Assembly (NCBI GenBank): GCA_963740355.1
Contig: CAVUDW010000002.1
Span: forward strand, 2,176,001-2,240,000
Source of the DNA: an uncultured Gemmatimonadaceae bacterium
GTDB taxonomy: Bacteria > Gemmatimonadota > Gemmatimonadetes > Gemmatimonadales > Gemmatimonadaceae
Length of the DNA: 64,000 nucleotides
Direction: 5' to 3'
Below the pieces are notes generated by a model. That model saw only the letters and a list, made by a program, of their open reading frames with translations, had not been told where the DNA came from and searched no databases. Shown here one piece after another: positions 1 to 9,730 of the stretch. The position numbers were made by a program, and so were the translations under genes. The first letter of the stretch is position 1; every line of letters starts with the position of its first letter.

Positions 1-2
1 AG

Positions 3-1283
3 GCGCAAGGTGCCGCGGCGGCCATCATCAGTGACGACGCATCCACGTCGCTGCCAGCGATCCTCGTGAACGATTCTCGGCGAGCGGTCGCGGTGGCTGC
101 GTCCGCCTGGTACGGCGAGCCTGCTCGACGTTTGCGGCTCGTTGCTGTGACCGGCACCAATGGCAAGACGACATCGGCCAGTATGCTGCGGCATCTCCTC
201 GACTCGGACGCCGAGCGTGCCGCCTCGATCGGTACTCTCGGCGTGCTGATCGGTTCGGACGGCGACGTGTTCCCGGGGGGCAGCGGCCTCACCACACCCG
301 GGCCGATCGAGTTGCAGCGCCTCCTGCGCGGACTCGCCGACGAGGGCGTGCATTGGGTCGCGATGGAAGCGAGTTCGCATGCGCTGCACCAGCATCGGCT
401 CGATGGGCTGCAGTTCGAGGTTGGGCTCTTCACGAACTTCACGCGCGATCATCTCGACTACCACGGCACCATGGAGGAGTACTTCGCCGCCAAGGCGATG
501 CTGCTCACCCAGCTCACACCCGACGGGTCTGTGGTCACGAACGCCGATGACCCTGCGTGGGACAGTCTGCCGCCCACCACACACCGCCGCGTGCGGTTCT
601 CGGCTGGTGCCCGTGTCGCCGACGTGTATGCGCGGCGCACCGAGTTCACGCCCACCGGCAGCAACTTCTCGCTCCATGCGCCGGCGACCGATCCGGTGAA
701 GGTGCACCTGCCGTTGCTGGGCGACTTTCAGGTCGAGAATGCCGTCGGCGTCGCCGCGGTCGGTGTGGCGCTCGGATTGTCCCTCGCCGACATCGGGGCA
801 CGCCTTTCCACCATGCCACAGGTCTCCGGTCGGCTCGAGCGACTCAGCACCATGCCCGCCGTGTTGCGCGACTACGCGCACACACCGGATGCGCTCGAAC
901 GCGCACTGCAATCGGTGCGCCCCTTCGCGAAGGGACGTGTCATCGTGGTCTTTGGTGCCGGTGGTGATCGCGATCGCGGCAAGCGGCCAGAGATGGGGCG
1001 AGTGGCGGCCGCGCTGGCCGACGTCTGCATCGTCACCAGCGACAATCCGCGCACCGAAGACCCGTCGAGGATCATCGATGACATCGTCGCCGGCATGCCG
1101 ATCGAGAAGGTCCTCCGCGAGGAAGATCGTCGCGAGGCAATCACCGTGGCCGTCGATTTGGCAGGTGCCGACGACCTCGTCCTGCTGGCAGGCAAGGGAC
1201 ATGAGACCTACCAGATTCGCGGGACGACCAGCTATCCGTTTGACGAGGCAGAGATCGTGGCAGAACTCACGGCAGGTCGATGA
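3..1283 (+). CDS. murE: UDP-MurNAc-tripeptide synthetase (meso-DAP type), 5' truncated by the window edge
   Basis: GTNGKTT P-loop, FTNFTRDHLDYH, DYAHTPDAL, DNPR (DAP specificity), AGKGHE. The frame is open back to position 3. Confidence 0.96.
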   Translation, partial: AQGAAAAIISDDASTSLPAILVNDSRRAVAVAASAWYGEPARRLRLVAVTGTNGKTTSASMLRHLLDSDAERAASIGTLGVLIGSDGDVFPGGSGLTTPGPIELQRLLRGLADEGVHWVAMEASSHALHQHRLDGLQFEVGLFTNFTRDHLDYHGTMEEYFAAKAMLLTQLTPDGSVVTNADDPAWDSLPPTTHRRVRFSAGARVADVYARRTEFTPTGSNFSLHAPATDPVKVHLPLLGDFQVENAVGVAAVGVALGLSLADIGARLSTMPQVSGRLERLSTMPAVLRDYAHTPDALERALQSVRPFAKGRVIVVFGAGGDRDRGKRPEMGRVAAALADVCIVTSDNPRTEDPSRIIDDIVAGMPIEKVLREEDRREAITVAVDLAGADDLVLLAGKGHETYQIRGTTSYPFDEAEIVAELTAGR

Positions 1284-2698
1284 TGGCGTCGCGCACTCCG
1301 CTCGCCAGCGATGTTCCGTATACCGCAACCGGCCACGTGTTCTGGACCATGGATCGTGCCGCGCAGGCGCTCGCTGCCTGTGCCACGATTCCGGCGCCGC
1401 ACGGCGCGCGCGAATTCGTCGCAGTCAGCACTGACACGCGCACTATCGTCCCCGGAACACTGTTCGTGGCGCTGAAGGGTGACAACTTCGACGCCCATGA
1501 CTTCCTCGCCAACGCCGTCGCGGCCGGTGCCGCGGCACTCGTCGTCAGCGATGTGGAACGCACGGTCGGCATCGGCGTCCCGGTGTACGGGGTGCGCGAT
1601 ACCCGCGAAGCACTGGGCGCGCTGGCGCGCTTCCGCCGCGAAGCGTGGGGCAAGCCGGTCATCGCCATCGGCGGCTCCAACGGCAAGACGAGCACCAAGG
1701 CCATGCTCGCGGCGATGCTCGCCGGCGCCTACGATGTCCACGCGACGGTCGGAAACCTGAACAACGAAATCGGTGTGCCGCTCACGCTTCTGGCAGTGCC
1801 CGATGATGCCGATGTCGCGGTCGTCGAAGCGGGCACCAATAGCCCCGGTGAAATCGAGCGGCTGCGCAAGATCATCATGCCCGACGTGACCGTGATCACG
1901 TCGATCGGTGAGGAACACCTCGAAGGATTCGGCGACATTCATGGTGTCCTGAAGGAAGAGCTGGCACTCACCGTCGGCGTACCGGTGGTCGTCGCGCCCG
2001 CGGCACATCCCGAAGTTGCCGCCGGCGTGCACGGTGACGGCCAGCAGGTCGTGGTGGCCGGACTGGACGACGGGCACATGCAGCCGCTCCGTTGGCGCCT
2101 CGAAACAGACGGCAGTGGTACACTCACCTTCGATGACGGCGACCTGCACGTCCCGCTTCGTGGAGCGCACAACCTGCGTAACGCAATGCTCGCCGTCACG
2201 GTCGCGCGCGGGTTCGGTGTCACGCTCGAGCAGATGCAGTTCGGACTGTCCCGCATGGTGCAGCCATCGATGCGCGCCGCGGTCGATCCGCTCGGTACTG
2301 CACTGCTGGTGAACGACGCCTACAATGCCAATCCGCCATCGATGCGCGCCGCCCTCGACCTGCTCGAGGCAGTCGGTAACGGCCGTCCACTCGTCGCCGT
2401 GCTGGGCACGATGCGGGAACTCGGGACTGGCAGCGACGCACTGCATGATGACATCGCTCGTGATGCCATTCGCCGACCGCTGCACCTGATCGTCGGTGTC
2501 GGCGACTTTGCGGCGGCATTCCGTCGCATCGCGCCGGATGACCCGCGCCTCGTGCTCGCTGACGACGCGCCGGCCGCTGTGGAGGAACTGCTTCGACGAG
2601 CACCGGGCACGGCAGCAATCTTGCTCAAGGGTTCGCGTGGGGCGCGCCTCGAACGACTGGTCGCCCCGATTACTGCCTGGGCCACTTCGGCCACCTGA
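1280..2698 (+). CDS. murF: UDP-MurNAc-pentapeptide synthetase
   Basis: GSNGKTSTK, GNLNNEIGVPLT, NDAYNANP, LKGSRG motifs; follows murE. Confidence 0.96.
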   Translation: MMASRTPLASDVPYTATGHVFWTMDRAAQALAACATIPAPHGAREFVAVSTDTRTIVPGTLFVALKGDNFDAHDFLANAVAAGAAALVVSDVERTVGIGVPVYGVRDTREALGALARFRREAWGKPVIAIGGSNGKTSTKAMLAAMLAGAYDVHATVGNLNNEIGVPLTLLAVPDDADVAVVEAGTNSPGEIERLRKIIMPDVTVITSIGEEHLEGFGDIHGVLKEELALTVGVPVVVAPAAHPEVAAGVHGDGQQVVVAGLDDGHMQPLRWRLETDGSGTLTFDDGDLHVPLRGAHNLRNAMLAVTVARGFGVTLEQMQFGLSRMVQPSMRAAVDPLGTALLVNDAYNANPPSMRAALDLLEAVGNGRPLVAVLGTMRELGTGSDALHDDIARDAIRRPLHLIVGVGDFAAAFRRIAPDDPRLVLADDAPAAVEELLRRAPGTAAILLKGSRGARLERLVAPITAWATSAT

Positions 2699-2719
2699 CC
2701 ACACACACGACTCCCCGAC

Positions 2720-3862
2720 GTGCTGTTCCATCTGCTATCGCCGCTCCAGCCCTACTGGGAACCCTTCCGGCTGATTTACTACATCAGCTTTCGTGCGGTC
2801 GGCGCTGCCGTCACCGCATTGCTGATGGCGTTCCTCGTCGGCCCGATCATCATTGCACGCCTCCGGTCCATGGCGCTGCATCAGGTCGTGCGTGAAGGCA
2901 CTCCCGATTCCCACAAGGCGAAGGGCACCACGCCGACGATGGGTGGCCTGATCATCCTCGCTGCCACCATCATCCCGACGCTGCTGTGGGCGAAGCTGAA
3001 CAATCGCTACGTCCTGCTGGCACTGGTCGTGATGGCCTGGATGGGCGGCATCGGCTTTCTCGACGACTACCTCAAGCTTCGCCAGAAGCGGCTCGGCGTG
3101 AAGAACGAAGGACTGGTCGAGCGATACAAGCTTGCGGGCCAGATCGTGATCGGTGTTGCGCTCGGGCTCTACCTCTGGCTCGACCCGATCAGCACACTGC
3201 CTGGCGCCTCGACGACGTTGCCATTCTTCAAGTACGTGCTGATCGTGCCGATGTCGATCGGCTTCGCATGGACGTATGTCCCGTTCGTGACGTTCATCCT
3301 CACCGGAGCCAGTAACGCGGTGAACTTCACCGATGGTCTCGATGGGCTTGCCGCGGGACTCTGTGCCATTGCTGCCGTCACGTTCGCCATCTACGCCTAC
3401 GCGATGGGACGCATCGACGTCAGCGGATACCTGCAGCTGTTCTACCTGCGCGGCGCTGGAGAACTCACGATCTTCTGTTCCGCGATGTTCGGCGCGCTGA
3501 TCGGCTTCCTCTGGTTCAATGCCTTCCCAGCCCAGGTCTTCATGGGCGATACGGGGTCGCTCGCGCTCGGCGGGGCGATCGGTGCCGTAGCGATCCTGCT
3601 CAAGAGCGAATTCCTGTTGGCGATCGTCGGCGCCGTCTTCGTTGCGGAAGTCATCTCGGTCATCCTGCAGCGGTCCGTCTTCAAGTACCGTCGCAAGAAA
3701 TTCGGGCTCGAGTTCGCGCAGAAGAACCGTGTCTTTCTCAGGGCGCCGCTGCATCATCACTTCGAGATGAAGGGCTGGCCGGAGACGCAGGTGGTGGTAC
3801 GCTTCTGGATCATCGGCATTCTCTGCGCATTCCTTGCACTCGGTACGCTCAAGCTGCGATGA
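2720..3862 (+). CDS. mraY: phospho-N-acetylmuramoyl-pentapeptide transferase
   Basis: TPTMGG, GFLDDY, NAVNFTDGLDGL, FMGDTGS, APLHHHFE. Confidence 0.98.
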   Translation: MLFHLLSPLQPYWEPFRLIYYISFRAVGAAVTALLMAFLVGPIIIARLRSMALHQVVREGTPDSHKAKGTTPTMGGLIILAATIIPTLLWAKLNNRYVLLALVVMAWMGGIGFLDDYLKLRQKRLGVKNEGLVERYKLAGQIVIGVALGLYLWLDPISTLPGASTTLPFFKYVLIVPMSIGFAWTYVPFVTFILTGASNAVNFTDGLDGLAAGLCAIAAVTFAIYAYAMGRIDVSGYLQLFYLRGAGELTIFCSAMFGALIGFLWFNAFPAQVFMGDTGSLALGGAIGAVAILLKSEFLLAIVGAVFVAEVISVILQRSVFKYRRKKFGLEFAQKNRVFLRAPLHHHFEMKGWPETQVVVRFWIIGILCAFLALGTLKLR

Positions 3863-5265
3863 GCGACTCCCTGTTCACTCGCGTCGGTCGGACGCCCGGC
3901 GAAGTCGCAGTCATCGGGCTGGGAAAGTCCGGTTACGCGGTCTCGCTGCTTCTTCGGCGTGATGGCATCGCGGTCTACGCATCGGACGGTGGCGCGTCGC
4001 CAGCGCTCGATACGAGTGCCGAGCGTCTCCGGGCGGCAGGTGTCGACGTGGAGCTTGGCTCGCACGATCTCGCGCGGATCGCCCGCAGTGCGCTGGTCGT
4101 GGCGAGTCCCGGCGTGCCACCGACCGCACCGCCATTGCTCGCCGCCGCCGACTCCGGCGTCCCTGTCGTTGGTGAGCTGGAAGTAGCGCTGCACGCGATG
4201 CCGGCCTTGCACTACGTGGCCGTCACCGGCACCAATGGCAAGACGACGACCACCGCGCTGATCGGGCATATCCTCCGCGCGCTCGGGCGAGACGCCGTCG
4301 ATGCCGGCAACATCGGCACGGCACTCGCCGACTACGCACTGCAGGATCCGCAGCCCGGCTGGGCAGCGCTCGAGTGTTCGAGCTTCCAGTTGCATGACAC
4401 GCCGAGCATAGAGCCGACGGTTGGTGTCGTCACCAACCTCAGTCCAGACCACCTCGACCGCTATGCGTCGCTCGACGACTACTACGCCGACAAGGCGCGT
4501 CTCTTCGGCCACGCCACCGATCGATCGCGCTGGGTACTGAACGGCGACGACGCGCAGGTGATGCAACTCTACAGCCGCCTCGGTCGCGGCGATCGGTTGC
4601 CAGGCTCGATCCACACCTTCCGCATCGGCACCGCCGCGGACGCCTGGTTCGATCCTTCGACGATGATGCTGCACCTGCGTGGTGAACCGTTGATGCATCG
4701 CGAAGACTTGTCGCTCGTCGGTGACCACAACGTGGCCAACGCCCTGACCGCCGCGCTCGCCGTCGTGGTCGCGAGCGACGACTTTGCCACACCCGCGGCG
4801 CGCACGGTCATCGTCGACGCGCTGCGGTCGTTTCATGCGTTGCCCCATCGCCTTGAACCGGTGCCAACCGACGATGGGGTGCTCTGGTTGAATGATTCCA
4901 AGGCGACCAACGTCAGCTCGACCCTCGTGGCAGTGCAGGGAATGACGCGCCCCTTCGTCCTCCTCCTGGGCGGACGGCACAAGGGCGAGGCGTACACCGC
5001 GCTCGCTGCACCATTTCTCGCGCACGGCAAGCGTATCCTGGCCTACGGCGAGGCTGCCGACGAAATCGTGGCGGACCTCGCATCGCACGTGGCCGTCGAA
5101 CGCATCGACGGCTCGTTCGCCGACGTCATCGCGCGCGCGCGTGCTATCGCCGTTCCCGGTGATGCAATCCTCCTCTCTCCCGCCTGCTCGAGCTACGACA
5201 TGTTCCGGAACTACGAGGAGCGCGGCGCGTCCTTCCGCCAGCTGGCGCGTGGAGTGGCATCATGA
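3859..5265 (+). CDS. murD: UDP-MurNAc-L-Ala:D-Glu ligase
   Basis: GLGKSG, TGTNGKTTT, ECSSFQL, NDSKATN, LLSPACSSYD. Confidence 0.97.
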   Translation: MSDSLFTRVGRTPGEVAVIGLGKSGYAVSLLLRRDGIAVYASDGGASPALDTSAERLRAAGVDVELGSHDLARIARSALVVASPGVPPTAPPLLAAADSGVPVVGELEVALHAMPALHYVAVTGTNGKTTTTALIGHILRALGRDAVDAGNIGTALADYALQDPQPGWAALECSSFQLHDTPSIEPTVGVVTNLSPDHLDRYASLDDYYADKARLFGHATDRSRWVLNGDDAQVMQLYSRLGRGDRLPGSIHTFRIGTAADAWFDPSTMMLHLRGEPLMHREDLSLVGDHNVANALTAALAVVVASDDFATPAARTVIVDALRSFHALPHRLEPVPTDDGVLWLNDSKATNVSSTLVAVQGMTRPFVLLLGGRHKGEAYTALAAPFLAHGKRILAYGEAADEIVADLASHVAVERIDGSFADVIARARAIAVPGDAILLSPACSSYDMFRNYEERGASFRQLARGVAS

Positions 5266-6437
5266 CGGCTGCCGTCACGGTCGAAGTGGTGCGTGAACGA
5301 TTCCGGATGGGCGTCGAGGCCCGCGCCTTGTTGCTGATCACGGCTATCCTGCTCGTGCTCGGACTCGCCACGGTCTACAGCGCGACCGTCATCGTGGCCC
5401 AGCAGAAGAACTACACCCCGTCCTACTACCTCGTACGCCAACTGGTCGGTGCCGGCATCGGGATCGTCGCCTTCGCGATTTGCGCCAAGGTCGACGCCGA
5501 ACGGTACCGAGGCTGGGCCTGGCAGATCATGATTGCCGCCCTGGTGGCCATGCTGGCCGTGCTGGTGCTGTCGCCCAACGTCAACGGCTCGAAGCGGTTC
5601 CTCTTCAGTCACGCCGTGCAGCCATCTGAATTCGCCAAGCTCGCCGTCATCATCTGGACAGCGATGCTGGCGGCGAAAAAAGGCGAACAGCTCCGACGGC
5701 TCGGCAAGGGATTGCTGCCATTCTTTGCCGTGGTCGGGGCACTGGCCGTGCTCGCGATTCTCGAGCCCGATGTGTCCGTGGCCCTCTTCTACATGGCGCT
5801 CATGGGCGCGATGCTCTTCATCGCCGGTGCCCGGGTGGGGCACTTCCTCTTCATCGGCCTGCTGGTCATCCCACTCGCCTGGGGCCGGATGAATGGCTAC
5901 GTGAAGTGCAGGATCGCCGACTGGCGCGGTGATACGACGCGCGTGGTGGGCTGTGCCGCAGATATCGATCTCCAGACGCGACAGTCCATGATCGCGATTG
6001 GATCGGGCAAGGTGTTCGGAGTCGGCTTCGGCGAAGGTCGTCAGCAAAGCGGCTTTCTGCCGTTCCAGTACACCGACTTCATCGGCTCCAACATCGGCGA
6101 GGAATGGGGCTTCGTCGGCCTCTTCACCGTCGTGGCGCTCTTCGGCGGATATGCCTGGCTCGGCTTCCGCATCGCTCGCGATGCCCGAAGTCAGTTCCTC
6201 CAGCTGGTGGCGGTTGGCCTCACCCTCACCACCGTCACCACGGCTTTCGTCCACCTGGCGGTGATCACGGGACTCTTCCCGAATACGGGCCTGACCCTGC
6301 CATTCATCTCCTACGGCCGCAGCAACCTGCTGATCTCGCTCGCGATGACCGGGATTCTGGTCAACATCGGAAGCACACGCGAACGCGTTTATAGCGACGC
6401 GATGCCCGACCCAATCCTTGGGCTCGGCGCTCGCTGA
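5262..6437 (+). CDS. ftsW: SEDS peptidoglycan glycosyltransferase FtsW
   Basis: QPSEFAK, LEPD, TDFI, TGLTLPFISYG; multiple TM helices; lies between murD and murG. Confidence 0.95.
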   Translation: MTAAVTVEVVRERFRMGVEARALLLITAILLVLGLATVYSATVIVAQQKNYTPSYYLVRQLVGAGIGIVAFAICAKVDAERYRGWAWQIMIAALVAMLAVLVLSPNVNGSKRFLFSHAVQPSEFAKLAVIIWTAMLAAKKGEQLRRLGKGLLPFFAVVGALAVLAILEPDVSVALFYMALMGAMLFIAGARVGHFLFIGLLVIPLAWGRMNGYVKCRIADWRGDTTRVVGCAADIDLQTRQSMIAIGSGKVFGVGFGEGRQQSGFLPFQYTDFIGSNIGEEWGFVGLFTVVALFGGYAWLGFRIARDARSQFLQLVAVGLTLTTVTTAFVHLAVITGLFPNTGLTLPFISYGRSNLLISLAMTGILVNIGSTRERVYSDAMPDPILGLGAR

Positions 6438-7546
6438 TGGCCGGATCGGGCACCTTTTATATCGCCGGCGGCGGCACGGGTGGACACCTCTACCCCGGCC
6501 TCGCCATCGCCGACGCGCTCGTCAGCCAGCGACCTGATCTGGACATCATGTTCATCGGTGCCCAGCGTGGAATCGAACGCATCGTCCTCCCAACGACCCG
6601 CTGGCGACACGAGCTACTCGACCTCCACCCGCTCTATCGCTCGGCACCCTGGCAAAACTGGAAGACGATTCGCGGACTGGCCTCGGCCTTTAAAAGCATT
6701 GGGCGACTCGCTGCGGCATCGCGGCCGATCGGGGTCCTCGGCACGGGCGGCTACGCAGCCGGTGCACTACTCGGTTACGCCCGCATGAAATCGGTACCGT
6801 ATTTCCTGCAGGAGCAGAATGCGGTCGCAGGACTGACTGTCAAATTTTTTAGCGGCTCGGCACGTACGACATTTCTCGGGTTTCCCGAATCGGTTCAGAC
6901 GCTGCCCGAGTCCGCCAGGTCGCGCGCGCTGGTCACCGGGAACCCGATCGCGCCGCCACCGGTGCCGCTTCCCGATCGGGCCGCCGCCCGGGCACAATGG
7001 TCCTTCGACGCCTCGATCACGCGCGTGCTGCTCGTCTTCGGCGGCAGCCAAGGGTCGCGCGCCGTCAATGATGCCGTGGCGGCGTGGTTGCCCACCGGCC
7101 TGCCAGAAGGATGGGGTGTGATCTGGGTCACGGGCCGGACTGAGTTCGACCGGCTGAAACACCTCGACAACGCTCGGGTTCGCCTCGTCGCCTACCAACA
7201 CCCGATGGCGGATGCGTACGCGGCTGCCGATCTTGCGGTCGCACGCGCGGGCGCGATGTCGACGGCGGAACTCTGCGCCTGGGGCATTCCCATGCTGTTG
7301 ATTCCATTGCCGACCGCGGCCGCCGATCACCAGACGCAAAACGCCGAAGCCCTCGAAAGCGCCAACGCGGCCCGCCTCATCCTGCAGAGTTCCCTGGCGA
7401 CCGGTGAACTGGGTCGGGTGCTGAACACTGTCTGCACCGATGCCTCGGTGCTCGACAGCATGGGCCGCGCCGCGCGATCACGGGCACGAATTGACGCATC
7501 GCAAGTGATTGCTTCGCATATTCTTACGTCGCTCAACCTCCAGTAG
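6437..7546 (+). CDS. murG: lipid II GlcNAc transferase
   Basis: GGGTGGHLYPG, EQN, GGSQGS, RAGAMS, DHQTQNA. Confidence 0.97.
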   Translation: MAGSGTFYIAGGGTGGHLYPGLAIADALVSQRPDLDIMFIGAQRGIERIVLPTTRWRHELLDLHPLYRSAPWQNWKTIRGLASAFKSIGRLAAASRPIGVLGTGGYAAGALLGYARMKSVPYFLQEQNAVAGLTVKFFSGSARTTFLGFPESVQTLPESARSRALVTGNPIAPPPVPLPDRAAARAQWSFDASITRVLLVFGGSQGSRAVNDAVAAWLPTGLPEGWGVIWVTGRTEFDRLKHLDNARVRLVAYQHPMADAYAAADLAVARAGAMSTAELCAWGIPMLLIPLPTAAADHQTQNAEALESANAARLILQSSLATGELGRVLNTVCTDASVLDSMGRAARSRARIDASQVIASHILTSLNLQ

Positions 7547-7562
7547 TTTCCAGCTCACGGAC

Positions 7563-8978
7563 ATGGCAGTCGATTCCCGAACCAGTGCACGCATGCGCGA
7601 CGACGCGCTGCGACTCTTCCGCGAGCCGGACACGCGCCCCGTCCACTTCGTCGGGATCGCCGGCGCGGGGATGAGCGCGCTCGCCGAACTCTTCGTTCGA
7701 CGCGGCGTCCTGGTCACCGGCAGCGACATGAATGCCGCCGGCAACGCCGACCTGTCCGCACTCGGTGTCATCGTCCACAAGGGACACGACGCAGCGTTCG
7801 TCCATGGTGCGCGCGCCGTCGTCGCCTCCTCCGCGATCCCGCACGACCATGTCGAACTCGTCGCTGCTACCGAACTCGGCATTCCGATCATCCGCCGCGC
7901 TGAAGCGCTCGGAGCCGCAGTCGATGGGATGCAGATCGTCGGAATCGCAGGAACCCACGGAAAGACGACCACGACCGTGATGACCACGGAAGCCCTCGCC
8001 GGAACCGCCGCCGCCCCCACCGGCATCGTCGGCGGACGGGTGCAGCGCTGGGGCGGAAACCTGCGGTGGGGCGGCGGAAATACGGTCGTGGTCGAAGCGG
8101 ACGAATACGACCGATCGTTCCTCGCGCTCCACCCGACGGTCGCGGTCGTCACCAACGTCGAGGCGGACCACCTCGACATCTATACCGACCTCGCCGACAT
8201 CGTCGGCGCGTTCGAGCTCTACCTCACCGGCGCGAAAGGCATCGTCATCTGTGCCGATGACGCCGGCGCGGAATCGCTCAGCTTGCCGGATTCGGCCGAC
8301 GTGATCCGCTACGGCCTCGATCACCCCGACGCCCGGTTGGTCGGCATTACACACGGCCCGACCATGCGCGTGATCTTCGACGGAGCACCGCTCGGTGACC
8401 TGACTCTCCAGGTGCCTGGCGACCACAACCGCCGGAACGCCCTCGCCGCCCTCGCCGCAGGGCTCCTGCTCGGATATGAATTCGACGAGTTGCGCACCGG
8501 GCTGGAGTCGTTCAGCGGCGTCGAACGGCGCTTCGAACGGAAGGGTGAGGTGGATGGGATCCTGGTCGTGGACGACTACGCACACCACCCGACCGAAGTC
8601 CGCGCCACCCTCGAAGCCGCCCGCGCCGCCTTCCCGGACCGCCGGATCGTCGCGCTCTTCCAGCCGCACCTCTACACCCGGACACGAGACTTCGCCGAAG
8701 AGTTCGGAGCGGCGCTGGCCGAACTGGCCGACATGGTCTTCCTGACCGACATCTACAAGGCGCGGGAGCAACCGATCGACGGGGTTTCCGCGGCGCTCAT
8801 CGCGGCCGCAGCCGGACGGGCGGGACATGCTCCCGACTGGTTCGGCCTCCGTATCGACGCTACCAACGCCCTCCTCGCCCACGTGCGCCCCGGTGATCTC
8901 GTGCTCACGATGGGCGCCGGCGATGTCACCCAGGTCGGGCCCGAATTGCTGGCCGCACTCGCCGCGAGGGCCACATGA
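7563..8978 (+). CDS. murC: UDP-MurNAc-L-alanine ligase
   Basis: GIAGAGMS, GTHGKTTTT, EADEYD, DDYAHHPTE, FQPHLYTRT. Start set at ATG 7563, after the murG stop. Confidence 0.96.
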   Translation: MAVDSRTSARMRDDALRLFREPDTRPVHFVGIAGAGMSALAELFVRRGVLVTGSDMNAAGNADLSALGVIVHKGHDAAFVHGARAVVASSAIPHDHVELVAATELGIPIIRRAEALGAAVDGMQIVGIAGTHGKTTTTVMTTEALAGTAAAPTGIVGGRVQRWGGNLRWGGGNTVVVEADEYDRSFLALHPTVAVVTNVEADHLDIYTDLADIVGAFELYLTGAKGIVICADDAGAESLSLPDSADVIRYGLDHPDARLVGITHGPTMRVIFDGAPLGDLTLQVPGDHNRRNALAALAAGLLLGYEFDELRTGLESFSGVERRFERKGEVDGILVVDDYAHHPTEVRATLEAARAAFPDRRIVALFQPHLYTRTRDFAEEFGAALAELADMVFLTDIYKAREQPIDGVSAALIAAAAGRAGHAPDWFGLRIDATNALLAHVRPGDLVLTMGAGDVTQVGPELLAALAARAT

Positions 8979-9730
8979 CCTCCGCGGCACGCCTCGCAAC
9001 CGAAGTACCGACCGAGTCGGTCGACGTCGACCGGAAAAAACTGGTCGGCCGCAGCGCACTGCTGATTGCTGCCGTCACAGCCGTCTTTTTCGGCGCGCCC
9101 AAGCTCCTCAGCACCCTCGACTACTTTCACGTCCAGACGGTGCAACTCGAAGGGGCGCGCTTTCTTACGCCCACCGCTGTCATCGGTGCACTCGGCACGG
9201 ACACATCGGCGAGCGTTTTCGATGATCCTGCGCGTTTTCAGGCAAAGGTCGAGAGCATTCCACTCGTCTCGCACGCGCAGGTCCGCCGCCGTCTCCCCGG
9301 CACCTTGGTCGTGACCATCGTCGAACGGATTCCGGTAGCGCTCACTGCGACCGCCAACGGATTCCGAGGGGTCGATTCCGCCGGCACTCGACTGCCGATC
9401 GATCCGTCGATCTCAGCCTTCGACGCCCCGGTCGTCCTGCCGCCGTCCGGGCCGCGCGACACTGCGGCCGATCGAAAGCTCTACAACCTGCTCGGCGCGA
9501 TCCGCGCTCGAGACCCCGCACTCTTCGATGCCCTCGAAGAGGTCCGGCGTGTCTCGCCGGTGGAATGGCAGTTCCGAACAACACGCCAACTCGTGCGCGT
9601 CATGCCGGAGGTGACGCTGGAACGATTGGCTGACATCTTTCCCGTAGAGCGGGATCTGGCCAAGCGACGCATCCGCGCCGCCGAGCTCGACCTGCGGTTC
9701 CGCAACCTCGTCATCGCCCGACTGCCATGA
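8975..9730 (+). CDS. ftsQ: cell division protein FtsQ/DivIB
   Basis: N-terminal TM, POTRA-like segment (VRRRLPGTLVVTIVER), C-terminal LDLRF; lies before ftsA. Confidence 0.9.
   Translation: MTSAARLATEVPTESVDVDRKKLVGRSALLIAAVTAVFFGAPKLLSTLDYFHVQTVQLEGARFLTPTAVIGALGTDTSASVFDDPARFQAKVESIPLVSHAQVRRRLPGTLVVTIVERIPVALTATANGFRGVDSAGTRLPIDPSISAFDAPVVLPPSGPRDTAADRKLYNLLGAIRARDPALFDALEEVRRVSPVEWQFRTTRQLVRVMPEVTLERLADIFPVERDLAKRRIRAAELDLRFRNLVIARLP

Noticed and set aside
1232..9059. Long minus-strand ORFs (499, 341, 443, 347 and 508 aa) opposite the mur genes
   Set aside because: Antisense shadows of high-GC coding genes; no recognisable motifs, and they fully overlap well-supported CDSs.
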